A stretch of DNA of 53,311 nucleotides, filler included, from Bipalium vagum (lineage: Eukaryota), in assembly GCA_037834085.1 (NCBI GenBank). It is 2 parts of 2 records of this genome, joined end to end, with 100 filler letters (N's around TTAATTAATTAA, not from the genome) between each part and the next. Parts side by side here need not be neighbours in the genome. Positions count along the whole stretch, not along the records: positions 1 to 29,614 come from JBBMKC010020332.1; 1 more part is not named here. One strand, 5' to 3'. The number at the start of each line of letters is the position of its first letter. The first letter of the stretch is position 1. The notes below the pieces were generated by a model. That model was not told where the DNA came from. It searched no databases and saw only the letters and a list, made by a program, of their open reading frames with translations. The translations under genes were made by a program, and so were the position numbers. Below are positions 12,701 through 25,607 of the stretch, piece by piece.

Positions 12701-15700
12701 ATTGAGAGCAAAATTAAAGAGGAATCTAATGTTTTAGCTGAACTTTTTGAATCAAGACGAGATTTAGATAATTATTTAGTTATTGATAATGGGGATTGAA
12801 GAAGAAACTAAGAATGTTCATGGTATTAGAACCATTTGATAAAGCGAATAAAATTGAAATTGGTGATATTTTAGAGGCTTTAAAAATAGTTGTGGAATAC
12901 TACTCTACAGAAAATTACAATAAAGTTATTTATATCAACTTACTTAACGTTGAGAATGATCTCAGAGATAGAGTTTTCAAGAAAAAATTGATCCAGAGAA
13001 AAATTATGGAATATTTTAACTTGAAATAAAATTTAATTATAATAACATCGTATTTTATTAGTGTTTTATTTTAATGATTATATCGTTAAAACAGAATAAA
13101 CTTTTTAGTCCATTTTTGTTCTGTTTAAGCAGGTTATACTGTAGTGTGTTTCAAAAGTAGTGGCGCATACTTATTTAACCATAATTTTTAAAATTATTAA
13201 ATTATTGATTGGAAATTTTTATATTCTAATAGAAGATTAAGTAAGCTGTAATTTCATATATAAAATGTAAATTTTTGGTAGAAATGAGCGTTAATTTTTA
13301 TCAAGATAGAGCCAACCGAATAATTAAATATTTCCAAGGAAATAATAGAAATCTTAATTTGACTATTGAACATTTTTTTGCCGAAAATATGCCAAGAAGA
13401 TCGATACAAGGTATATTAAAGCGACTTATAGATGAAGATCGTATAGAATTTATAAAGAAATCTGGTCGTTCATGAGCAATAAATACCACAGGAAACCAGA
13501 AGAGGATGAAATCCTTATTCAAAAATAATTCGTCAAAATTTGTTCGCAAAGCTGGTGAAAAATTGGATATTTATTATAGTAGTTTACAGAATTAAACAGA
13601 CACTAGGTATGAAAACATGCAATAAAAAGAAGAAATCAAAGTGCCAAAATATCAAAAATCAAGAATTAAGAGCACGAAAAGGGAGCAATTATATTTACAA
13701 TAAAGTAGTACCATCTGTTGGAAATTTTATTTGTATCATGGATAATGAGACTTACGCACCATCAGATCCAAACCAAGCACCTGGTAAAGAATTTTACGCA
13801 GAAATACGTGGAGTCCAATTGGATTCATCACAAAAAGAAAAATATTGTAAAATTTTTTAGTTTGCTAAGCAATTTCTTCCTAGGGAAAAATAACCTTACC
13901 TTACATTCAGGAAAGTGCAATGAAAAGCGATATTTATTTACAAGAATGTATTAGGAAAAGATTAGTTCATTTTATGAAATCTATTGATGCAGAAAATGTC
14001 TTCTTTTGGCCAGATTTGGCGACTCTACATTATACAACAGATGTATTGGAGGAATTAGAGAAAAATAACATCAAGTATGTACCGAAACAAAAAATCCTCC
14101 TAACGTACCTCAACCATGTCCTATCAAAAATTTTTGGGGCTTGACTAAAAGAGAATTTAAACAAAGTGTTAAGAAAAAATAAAATCCAAAAATTTTCAAA
14201 ACCAATTGATCTTAAATATTCTAGAGAGTGACTAAAAATCGTGGAAAATGACTATTTAACAATTGAACAAAGAAACTAAGCCAGATTTATAAGATGTTTA
14301 TCACGTATAGTTTATGCATCAGTTTGTACATCTTTTCTTCGTTTTCATATAAAATAAAAATATTTGAAATATTATTTATGGTTTTAAAATGATTATTGTT
14401 CATAGTTCGAGCTACTACTGTTGAAACACTATATACATTGCAATCAAGTCTCTGAACACAAATGATTAAAAAGATTTTTGGTAAATATAGAACCAATATT
14501 CTACGTTTTATACAGAAAAAATTTGCACCTATTTTCACGGATTCACAAACAATCACGAAACAGAAGATTTTAGGTTCTACAGGTAATAATAAAAACTCTT
14601 AATAATACTATTGGAACGTCAAGCGTGAAATTTTTACTTAATAATATTGCTAATTATTTGACATTGACTTAATATTTTAAAATTCGGTTTTTTGTGTTGG
14701 TAATTTGCATATTTTTTCAATTTATTATTTTATTTATTTATTTGTAAGCTAAAGAAATATTAATCCATTGTTTTAATTAATCAATATTATTGAAAGTGGA
14801 TATACCTGAAAGGCCCACAGCGGCATCGCAAACAGCCAAAACATTAAGTGTATTTGATTGTAGTGTTATTATACAGCAAACAATATCAAACTGGTTCATC
14901 AAATTTCGTACAGATAATTCTGACCTCATAAATGAGCCATATGGTTTCCCAGAATCAAAAGGCTGTGATAACAAATTAGATATCTCCGTTGAAACTAATC
15001 AATCTGAGAGTACCTATAAATTGTCGGTGAAGTTTGATATCAGCAAACAAACAATACTAAATCATTTAACTCAAAAAAGAAAGGTGAAAAAGTTGGAGAC
15101 ATGGGGTCCATATGAACTCTATGAAAAACAGAAACGAAAAAGTTTAGAAACTGTTTTAATGTTGTTTTCTCGTCAATCAATATCAATATCGTCTTATCAA
15201 TATTTGAATTGAATTTTCTCTTGTGATAAAAAAATGAATTAAATATAACAATTGCAAAGGTTCAATATAGTGATTGGACAAAGATGAACCACCGAAACAC
15301 ACTCGAATATTCATCAAAAGAAGCTGTTGGTGAGTGTTCGATGGTCTAATGTAGGTACGATTCATTGTGAATTCATGAAAACGGGTTTATTAATCACGTC
15401 AGAAATATACTGTGATCAACCGGAAAAAATAGTGAAAAAACCTAAAGAAAAAGAAAACAGATTTGTTAATAGACCTCTTATCTTTTGCACGATTTAGCAC
15501 ACTGAACAAATGACTATGAGAAAACAATAGGAATTGAAGTTTGCTAATCATTCTCCATACTCACTAAACGTACCCTTTACTGACTATCGTTTCTTTTGCA
15601 ATATTGAAAACTTTTTATTAGGAAAACCTCTCAATTCGGATAATGTTGTAAAACTGGTCTTCTAGGAACTCATTGACACTCATTAACCAAGGTGTCATAA

Positions 15701-18360
15701 CTGGAGATTAAGATGCTGTAGGCGAATCATAGCACCTCTACTATCTGAGATTGACATAAGGCGATCAAAAACGAGTTCCTGTTGGTTAAGAACATCGTTT
15801 TCACAAAAATCTTAGAATGCTCTTAAAATTTATTTTTTAACTCCAAAAATGTCACCTTTCATATTTTCCAACAGAAATATTATCAGTTAAATAGATTTTT
15901 TTCAATTTTTGCTAGAGTGACAATACACTTGATTTTACTTATAATCAACTTTAATATAATCATTAACACACTTTATATTTTTTACTTATGGTAATCCATA
16001 TGAAGCGAAATAATGAATATTTTAATAACCAATCCAATGAACTATTTTCTTGATTTGTAATTTGATAATTAATAATTAAAAGAATATTTTTTATTTATGT
16101 AATTCATCTTTCACTTTTACCATAATAGGTAATTCAAAATCTTCAGTTATATCTCAATTAAATTAAAACACTAACTTAACTATTTCCATATTTATTAAAT
16201 CTATTTTTATTAATTAATATTTTTTGCATATGGTTCAAAATATAATTATTTTCCTTGTTTACCAAACTTTACTTTGGTTTTATTATTTTTTTCAATCAAT
16301 CTTTTAATTCTGTAATAAGAAATTTCCAAAACAAGAGTCAAAATATAAACTATCTTTTTCAATTGGCTCAGAAAGTTCTTTGAGTTATTTCCTTACATTT
16401 AATTCATATAGGCGTCATTCTACTTTTTAAAATGTTATCGGTTTTTTCAAGATCTTTTTGTATTTTGAGCTTTTTTAAGATTGAGTGGCACTAGAGATGT
16501 GCAACAGCATTACAAAAAGTATAAGAAGCTCAAAGATGGAAAAATCAAAAAAGTAAAATATGAGAAATAAAACGAAATTTCCATCAAAATAAATAAATGG
16601 AAATTGATACTGACCATTTGAATTGCATTCAACGACGCGATTCATTAATATTCTTAAAGATTTTTCTGGCATGACATAGTTTTAGTGGTGAAAAAGTGTG
16701 ATAAATATACCTGTACATCGTTCGTTTTGCTAGTATTTATAAATCATTTGAAAAATTAGCATTAAGCACCAATAAGAAATTTGATTGTTTAACATAAACG
16801 AGAGTTGCTTTTTATTGGAATGATAATGAGTAAACAAACTTACTCGACACTCATCGAAAACACCTTGCAGATCCATATTAATCAATGTGGACCAAGACTC
16901 ACTGCACAACACCATTCGCCATTCTATCACTTGAGAACTAATCAACCAACGTTCATTTGTCATGAAATTATGTTTGATTAACACCAGATGAAGAGGTTCT
17001 CTCAAACCCAAGAGTGAAGAAACGCTGGTCTAAATATAAAAAATGAAGATGAATTCTTGAAAAAATGTCTCATTACAAAAATTTGAACAAAAATCAACAA
17101 TTTATAAAAAATGAAAAAGTTACACTTTTCAAAACTATGTTCTACAAAATCTTTAAATATTTTCTTGGTACTTTTCTTAAAATTTGGAATATTATTTCTA
17201 TTGGATAGGTTCATCAAATTTTATATTTATTTTAAAATTACTTAAAATATTTATAATTATCTTAAACAATTCACCTTTCACTTTTCGCCATTTTTATTTT
17301 TATTATTATTAATTATTAATGTGAAAATCAATATTAGGAAATTCTTAAAATTTTTTTTTGAAATATAAAGTGATATTTTTAAAATTGGGATATTTTATTT
17401 TTTGATAATTTATAATAATTTTTGTAGTTGTAATGGTTGCTATAAGGTTCAAAAATAGTAATTATACTGACAAATTTGATGTTCTATAGAAATTGATTTG
17501 TCATATTGATACATTTTTAGGTAATCACGGTTAACATTAATTTTACAGAAAAGAAGTGAGCCCCACAGTCTACAATTATCTTCTCATTTCGTTTGAAATC
17601 CAGCTGAGAAAGTTTCTTCCTATTCGACTATCAATATCATCATTAATCAAAAATTTCAACTTAATATGTCAATGATTATTCTTATTTATTACCCATGTCA
17701 ATTCCAATCAATAAAACGAGATTTTAAAAAATAATTAAAAGTAATTATTATTTTTAATCTACTCACATTTTCTGGACAACCGTCGGTAATTTTAACGAAA
17801 AATTGTTGATTTATCAATGGATCTCGAACACAGGGGACAATTTTGCTGTTAATACGCTGCTTCTGGAAGGCCAGAAAAAATTGAAATCCCATTCTCAATT
17901 TGTGGTCTGAGTCATTGAGATCAAACTCGAACCTCTCATTAGCAGTGGATTCGTCTGCTAAAAGATGATCGGCAAAATTAGTGGCCTTCGATAAAGTGAT
18001 GCTAAGAAATTGACCCGGCCCAGGCGGGGATAGCTGCTCATGAGTATAACTCAATAATGCTCGATCTGTTACGGTACGATTTTGTTGAACTAGAAGAATA
18101 ATCGTTCAAAATAATTATTAAAAATTATTCATACATTGGCCTAATACTTTAGATTTCATTAAAAGATTATTCAATATGTAATCGACAACACCCTCATTTC
18201 GTAAAATTTCAAGAACATTTTCTTTACTAATTTGAGATTTGTTCTTAGATTTTCCGCTTTCTTGTATAGCTGAATTGATTTTATCCCTGACAGCATTATT
18301 TGTAATTTCTGATTTGATTACATTTTCATATTCACAATTTATAAATGAATTTGAAGACAT
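9597..18360 (-). CDS. CEP76: Centrosomal protein of 76 kDa, complete 8-exon gene, ~688 aa
   Basis: Exons 18360-18135, 18089-17767, 17029-16844, 11242-11004, 10942-10636, 10506-10309, 10244-9840, 9779-9597. All introns are GT-AG with compatible phases, total 2067 nt. CEP76 hallmark motifs: FLVYAKQWWQEF, HVKIFAQDENG, PIRAGRILDSPVQAARF, HSLFLCSLLLGFG, FWEASTG, WDDQLCYIL, GNDEFKSAI, GYTFKAFPLH, LALRVHVFSY. Confidence 0.93.
9840..10244 (-). CDS. CEP76: CEP76 exon 7
   Basis: NSNRWKKMSEE...SNDLENQLRTLV...GNDEFKSAIQRHVKDGYTFKAFPLH. Confidence 0.92.
10309..10506 (-). CDS. CEP76: CEP76 exon 6 (absent from the ORF track)
   Basis: EEHPNKATFWEASTGKKY...YINIGCLFNHFQFFANN...CIFDMN; phase 0 at both ends. 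Confidence 0.9.
10636..10942 (-). CDS. CEP76: CEP76 exon 5 (transglutaminase-like region)
   Basis: FVCDYVTPIRAGRILDSP...GNVENHSLFLCSLLLGFG...HSWVVTFQ. Confidence 0.92.
11004..11242 (-). CDS. CEP76: CEP76 exon 4
   Basis: VNVGSIEVVLQLVP...FLVYAKQWWQEF...VKIFAQDENGLNR. Confidence 0.92.
11325..13141 (+). mobile_element. Full-length but inactivated pogo/Tigger (CENP-B-like) transposon in CEP76 intron 3
   Basis: TIRs CA(C/G)TATAACCT(A/G)CTTAAACAGAACAAA with TA TSDs. The transposase from 11566 has LTLTEKYEIL (HTH), LLNWF, WIERFRKRH, NVDETGLF, NKNAWMTSEFF, ILLLVDNCSAHP and LQPMDTGII, broken by stops and frameshifts. Confidence 0.92.
13144..14280 (+). mobile_element. Degenerate IS630/Tc1/mariner element of DD37E type
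   Basis: Motifs SGRS, IMDNETY, YLQECIRKRL, FFWPDLATLHY and NPPNVPQPCPIKNFWG after one frameshift. There are 37 residues between the second D and the E position, which is mutated to K. Confidence 0.8.
14690..15880 (+). mobile_element. Degenerate mariner element in CEP76 intron 3
   Basis: ORF 14790-15212 has WFIKFRTDNSDLINEP and KKLETWGPYEL (WVPHEL-like). Downstream are CDKK (GDEK-like) and HSPYSLNVPFTDYRFF. TIR-like end near 15878. Confidence 0.85.
16844..17029 (-). CDS. CEP76: CEP76 exon 3
   Basis: TSVSSLLGLREPLHLVLIK...IEWRMVL...DLQGVFDECR; donor GTAAGT. Confidence 0.88.
17767..18089 (-). CDS. CEP76: CEP76 exon 2 (C2 domain)
   Basis: QFLSITLSKATNFADHL...FQKQRINSKIVPCVRDPLINQQF; donor GTGAGT. 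Confidence 0.85.
18135..18360 (-). CDS. CEP76: CEP76 exon 1
   Basis: MSSNSF...VLEILRNEGVVDYIL; donor GTATGA, phase 1, followed by a 45-nt intron. Confidence 0.75.
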
Positions 18361-19914
18361 TTCTAAAATTACTTAAAATACTTTATTTTTACTTATCTTA
18401 ATTGAATTTTCATAAAGAGATAAATTAGGGATATAAAAACACGAAATGCATCAATTTAAGTAATTAAGACTAAATCAAATAAATCCGTATCTAAGACAAA
18501 CTATTTTGATTAATAAAAACAAAACAAAATTTTAATGAAGACACTAATATTGCATTCTGAAAACAGTTAAATTTTTAATTACATAAAGTTAAAGAATATG
18601 AGTTTTGACTTAATTTTTAGTTCATCTGAAATTGAAATTTATAAAAATATTCCATTTATATAACAATGAATTTTAAGGATAATATTTTAATACTAACAGC
18701 ATTACAACATTCTTCATTAAAGTAAGCTTAAAATGTAATTTAACTGATGTAGTATTCACAGTAAGTAAAGGAATTTAATTTAATATTTGATATTTCAAAA
18801 AGTTAAATAAAAGGTCCTTAAATATGTTAATATTTCGTATCTGACTCCAAATTTTATATTAATCTGTTGTAAAGCGGACTGATAGAAGACAATTCAGTAA
18901 CAACCACATTTTTAAAAAAGTCAAACAAAAGAAAAACAACAAGTCAATTTCCACAAATAAAATAAATGTTAGTAATGACCTGTTTGAGTTCCTTCCAAAT
19001 CTGCTTACTTGGTTTTCAAATTAATTTCCCTCAACTGTAATTTTTCACTTAAATTCAATTTAATTTTAATTTTCCAATTCTCACTTTTACTTAATTATAA
19101 GATTTTTAATTTAAACTTAAATTTATGATAGAACCCGGCGAAGAAGATTAGTTTAAGATAAGATAGAACACCCTTCGATAACTACTCTCAATGGCCTTCA
19201 GATAAAAATTTGTTTCTCTTTCTATTACGTCTTTGGTACTTATTATTTTTACTATCTTATTTATAGATTTTCTTTGAATTTTTTAATTTAACTCTCTTTC
19301 TGATCATCCAGGCACTCTTGATATCAGTTGCTAGCTGATTCCGGAGCATGGGTGTATTCCTTAACTTTTAATCATTTCTGATTTAGACTAAAAACAAGAT
19401 AGTATCTATTAACACTAAACTAAAATTTACATCCATCTTACCAATATTTATTTTTAACTTAAATAAACTATTACCACTTATTTATAATTCCATCTCTTTT
19501 AAAAATAATTACAATTTATACAACATATATTAACTAATCAATTACAGTCACATAATCATATATAAACATTTTCATATTTCACTTCAACATTTCCAATTAA
19601 TTTGCCTGTCTTTTACAGGATATTCTTTGGTAGCTGTCCAGAGTTTTCCTTCCGCTTCTCATTTGCCTCCAAGTAACCATAATGGACTTCATCATCAGTC
19701 CTATTTGAAAAAATAAATAAGCATACTCTACATTAGTTTTGTTCAATTTCCTGAACTAAAATACTATTTTATTAATTTTTGAAGATTTTTGAAGATTTCC
19801 ATAAGTACAAAAATACTTTTGTAATGGTATCAAAAATCAATGAAATTTTTTGAATTGTTTAAAAATAACAGTATTTATTATTTATCGATCGATTTTTAAT
19901 TATAATTTTAGTGG

Positions 19915-22900
19915 ATGAATTTGAATTTATTTTTTATAGCTCTATACTCAAATTTTTTATATTTTATACAAATGATTTGCTTAGAAAGACTTAATAACAC
20001 CCTGCAAAATATGATAAAAAGATTGAATACTGAAAGAAGTTATTCCAAGTTTACTAAGCTTTACAAAGCATACAGAGGGGATACCATCTCACTTAGTTGT
20101 TCATCAAAAATTGTAAGTAGAGGAAGAACTTTCAAATGGTTATATACCAACCAAGAAGAAATTGTTTTCGAGATAACAGGATTATATACATGTGATGAAT
20201 TTGCTGAAGTAACAGAATCTAAACTTATTATAAAAAGTGTTTCGTTGAAAGAAGAGGGATATTATTTTTGCTCATTATACGACACATTTTTGGAAATTGA
20301 AGAAGTAATATTGTTGCAGGTGATCCAAGAACCAAAAATCTCAATTAGGTATAATTTGAGAATTTATCATCCGAGCAATACAACAAATAATTATAATAGT
20401 TTATATTTTTTACAAAAAAATATTCAAAATATTTGGTTAAGAGGTAACTTTCTCTTGTACAATGAAATCAATGTTAAATATAAATCTGCTCCACCTTTGC
20501 TCTTGTTGAGATTAGGACTCACCAGTCGAAATAATCAAATATCTAAATATACTTTTCCATTCTGGGATCCATCCCTGGAAATAGAGTTCTATGACTTATG
20601 CGTTTATGAATCTATCACTATCTTGGTCAAATGCTACAAATTCAATTCGGAGCGGTTTTTCATGAGAAATTGTTTCAATTTGTCTTTGAACGAAAACATT
20701 TCTAAAGTCTCCATTCAACCTTTAAGAAATAGAGTTAAGATGGGTAAAAATATGATTACTGGAACAGTGGATAAATTTTCAATTTGGTTTTTAATGGAGC
20801 TTTTAATAGTGGGAAATTATACGGTAGATCAATTATCAATTTTATATATTTATACGTGACCAAAAATTTCACTTTTTCCGTTTATGCATTTGTGCAGAAA
20901 TATTTTTATAAATTAATTTTTTTATTAATTAAATTTTAATTACAATGACAAATTTTTTTAACAAGATTTATTTGTACAAGGTTTGTCCAATAAATTCCCG
21001 GAATGGAGTTTTAAAAATTAATTACAGGGTTATGCAGAAATATAGAGAAAAATATTCAAAATACATATAATTCTTTGCAAAAATATATATAATTCTATTC
21101 AAAATATATAGAAAATCATTCAGAAATATATAGAAAAAAATTCGATTTTTTCTATTTAAATTTGATCACATTTTAGTCAGCAAAAAATATAAGCTGCATG
21201 GTTGCTATTAAAATGTCAGGTTTCATTTTTTTTCCACCTGTTTTTTATTAAATCAAATTTACAGGCATTTTATGCTTCAAAATCAAAGCCGGATCTTTCA
21301 ATGGACTTTATTAGTGACAAGCTATGCAATCATTTCTATCGAAATCCTGAGGATGTATTGGTGATGGGCAATTGCAGGTTCCATCACCGCAAAGATGTTA
21401 TTAAGTCGCTGACAGAACGAGGTATTACTTACAGATTTTTGCCACCATACTTGCCTCAGCTACAATTCGCAAATATCATTGTATCATCCTTTATGAGAAC
21501 CATATAGATTGGGACGATTGATTACTCAAGTACCCATGCATAACGATATAGATTTAAGTGACTATTTTCGCAACATGAGGCGGTTTATAGAAAAACCTTG
21601 GCAAGACAATAATTTATTAAGTGTACATTTCCATTATATATTTCTGAATATTTTTCTATATATTTTGAATAAGTTTCTTTATATTTTGAATAATTTTCTA
21701 TATATTTCTGCATAATCCTGTAACAACCAAAATAATAAAATTTTGTTTTATCTAATAAAATAATTATATTGCTACGCGTCTATTTTAAATTGAAGGTTAT
21801 ACACTCACGCAGTTAGTTTTAAAAACTAATTTTAAGAATAATGCTAACGTATCGATTTCAATTTTTAGGATGGATGAAATTTTAGAGCAGATGATATGTC
21901 TAACATTTTGCTTTAAACTCGGCAAAACGGCAACCGAGACACATAAAATATTGGTACAAAGTTTTGAATATTTTCAACCTGAGGAAAACAAGCGCTTTTG
22001 ATTGATTTTCACGTTTCAAAAATTGCCTTATATCAGTAAATGATGATGAACGATCAGGATGACCAATTTCAATGGGAACTCGAGAAAGAAAGATTACGGA
22101 AGATCCAAAAATTACTGTGAGGAGATTGAAGAGGAAACTGGTTTATCCAAATCTTTATGCGCAAAAATTATTAAAGATGATTTGCAACTGAAAAAGACAC
22201 CTTCAAAGTTTGTGTCAATGTTGCTCAGTACGACTCAACAAAGATTCGTCTGGAAACTAGCCTTAATATGCTAGAGATGACTGAGTTGGATCCCATGTGG
22301 ATAGAAAAAGTCATAACATGAGTCTATGGCTATAAACCAGAAACAAAAAGCCAGTCACTAGAATGGAAGGCATTAAATGAACCAAAATCCAAAAAAAACA
22401 AGGATGTCCAATTCAAAATACAAGGTATTTGCTTGTCACTTTTATTGATAATGATGGATTGGTTTATTATGAATACCTATTGAAAGGTACTTTAGTAAAT
22501 CAGGAAGTGTATTTGGGAATTTTACGCCAATTAAGAAAGGCTATTCGTCAAAAATTATCACAAAAATGGGGAAAAGGTAATTGGATCTTACACTATGATA
22601 ATGCCAGTCCTCATTGTGCATATTATACTTTGATATTTTTGACAAAAAATAAAACTCAAGTCTTTCCACAGGCACCGTATTCTCCATTCCTGGCTCAGTA
22701 TGACTTCTTCCTTTTTCCAAAGTTAAGGAAGACACTAAATGGAAGAAGGTTTGATACCAGAAATGATATAATATAAAAATCGAAGAAATTCCTAAAAGTG
22801 AATATAAAAAATGTTTTCTGTCATGGGAGAAGTGATGGCGCAAGTGCATAGATACAAAAGAGACTATTTTGGAAAATTTTAAAAAATAAATGTATTTTTT

Positions 22901-25533
22901 GTTTATATTTTTGTATGACCATTTCGGGAATTTATGGATTGTTTTATTTATAACAATTTATATTCTGGTTACAAACAATTATCTTCCAAGAAGATAATGC
23001 TTAATACGGCTAAATATCACAGAATCAAAGTAATTCATAATTAATAGATTATATTATTCCTTCATCGATATTCTCAAGTAAAAGGCTGTTGTCATTATCA
23101 ACGATATTGTTCTTGTCGGGTCTGAAAAAATATCATAAACCTTCAAATTGATTATTGAAACAAGGAGAAAATCCATTGAGGCGTATTAATGCAGATCACA
23201 AAAATTAATGAAATTAGTTTTGAACAAATATAAAATTTTTCGTTCATAATTTTCCATTTTAAAATCGTTCCTGTAAAAATATATTAAATAATGGGAATCA
23301 ATTGAAAACTTTGGAAAATCATGTCGAAATGATACATAGTAAAGTTTCATATTATTAACTGAACAAAATTATCATAAAGTATTAATAAGATGTAATGCTC
23401 AGATCACAAAGGATTAAGATTTAATAAAGTAACAATTGATGTAATCCACTTCACCTTAATACAAACAATGGTTTGTGATTGAAAACATTCTCGGAATAAT
23501 TTTTAAATTGAGTTTTATGAACACTGTTTTTGCTTTATCCCAAAGTTTTATTGAAAAAAGTATCTCCATTGTAAAAGATATGAAAATCTGCTGTAGAAAG
23601 ATTAGGTACATAAAAAGAGTGCACTGGTAAAGCAGGACGTCGTCATGCACAATTACAATGAAGATTAATTAAAGAATGTGCGCAGCTTATTTCAATGTAG
23701 TTTTTGTCTTACTTTAATGATCTGACTTGAATGATTCTTGAAGTGTTTCAAGAGACTGTCAACAAGAATTAGTTGGGAATACTACCTCGACCAACTTTTT
23801 TCGGAGCTTCATCAAGGCCTAACTGATTATCACAAATCATACTTGTCGTCTTTGTAATTCTTAGTTTTCTTGGAGTAAATAAGGATCCAAATAATTCACT
23901 TTCGACAATTTCCCGATAATTTTCAAATATTGACAGATTTGCACTGGCTCCCTCATTATAGCACATTGACATTTTCATCGAGAATCTTCGGGCTATCCTT
24001 TTCTATCGCGACATCTATCACGATTCTGGTATGAAAATTTTTGATAGTGAAACAAAATCAATCAACCAACAGTGCTTTTTGATTTTTTTCACAACCTTTT
24101 TCAAAGGTTTGATATTTTTTACAACTTTTTGAACTGAACTTGTAGGAAATAGTGGGAAAGTTTTAGAACCAAGAATAAATTATTCTGATAGAATTTTAAG
24201 ATGAAATTTAAATAATGAAATTCTTTAAAAAAATAACACTAAAAATTGTTTAAATTAACAAAACTCTCCCAATAAAATGTTCTTTATTTTCTCACTGCAG
24301 CTTCCAGGTGGCATTTGGATGTTATCTCAAAATAAATGGAAAAGAAGTTTATATGATAAACTGAAAGATTTCGTGCCTCTGTCCAAAAATTACAATATAA
24401 ATTATCAGTTTACCGGAAAGAACGTTATATTCTCCGAAATTTTCTTTCAATCCATCAAAGAAATTCGACAAATTCCAATAATATCAAGTTTTAAATCCAG
24501 TTTTGAATTATTTGTTTATATGAGTGGTTCCAATGGAATTTGTATTACCCTTACTTTGTCAGTAGTAGTTAATGAGTCCATAATTGATATTCTATATGAA
24601 TCTTGCACAAAATTGATATCAATCGAATCGAACCGACCATTTTTATCAAATAATCAAAGATGTTCCGAAGAATTTCAATTATGTATCCAAAAATTGGAAA
24701 ATAACTTATTTATTTTGTGCAACAATATCCAAGTGGGCCTGGTTTACCTCACTCTTCACTCTGGTCCGGTAAAATTAACTTACAAGGTTTCTTATTATGT
24801 AATATTTCTTAACTTATAAAAATAAAGACAAATTACATTTTAAATGCTTTGCAAGATAAACAATTAGTTCTCATCTTTACTGTCGATGATGATGGTAAAT
24901 GTCCAGAAATTAATTGGGTCTTAGTTATCTATCGCAAACCTTTCTAGCTCATGAAAATGGTTATATTTGACAAACGTTCACAAATTTTACAGCATCTAGA
25001 AGACAACTTTTATTTTTTCACTATTTAAAAGTTAAATGATTCTCAAATTTTTTGAGATTTGAAGATTAATTTTTATTAATATATAACAAATATCATGGAA
25101 CATTTAATAAATTTATCAATGGAAATGTACTGCTGTTATTCCTCTCACCGTAATGGCAATTCCTAAAGCGTAGCGAAAACTTTTTTTCGAAACGAAAACT
25201 AATGATAATGATACCAAACGATGACTGCCGAATTTTTTGAAATATCTTTTCATTCATACCTAAACAAGCTTGCAATCATTGATGGGGATTGAGTACTCTA
25301 TTTTCATTGTATTTGTATTTTAAATAAATTAAATTGAATTTTAAATTAATTATTATTTTTTGTTATAAAATCAAAATTGAATTTTGATTACATGAATGAC
25401 ATGTGAAACCTTGATTATTCCAGTAGTTGCACAGTAAACTTAATCAATAATAATTACACAATGTTCTGTAAAAAATGTTCTAAAGATTATGTTGGTTTGC
25501 CATAGAAACAAACCGTAAAACAAATTTTGATTG

Positions 25534-25607
<74 letters not shown>

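Noticed and set aside
11566-13029. Domesticated TIGD/CENP-B gene
   Set aside because: Multiple stops and frameshifts with retained TIRs and TSDs mark it as a dead transposon.
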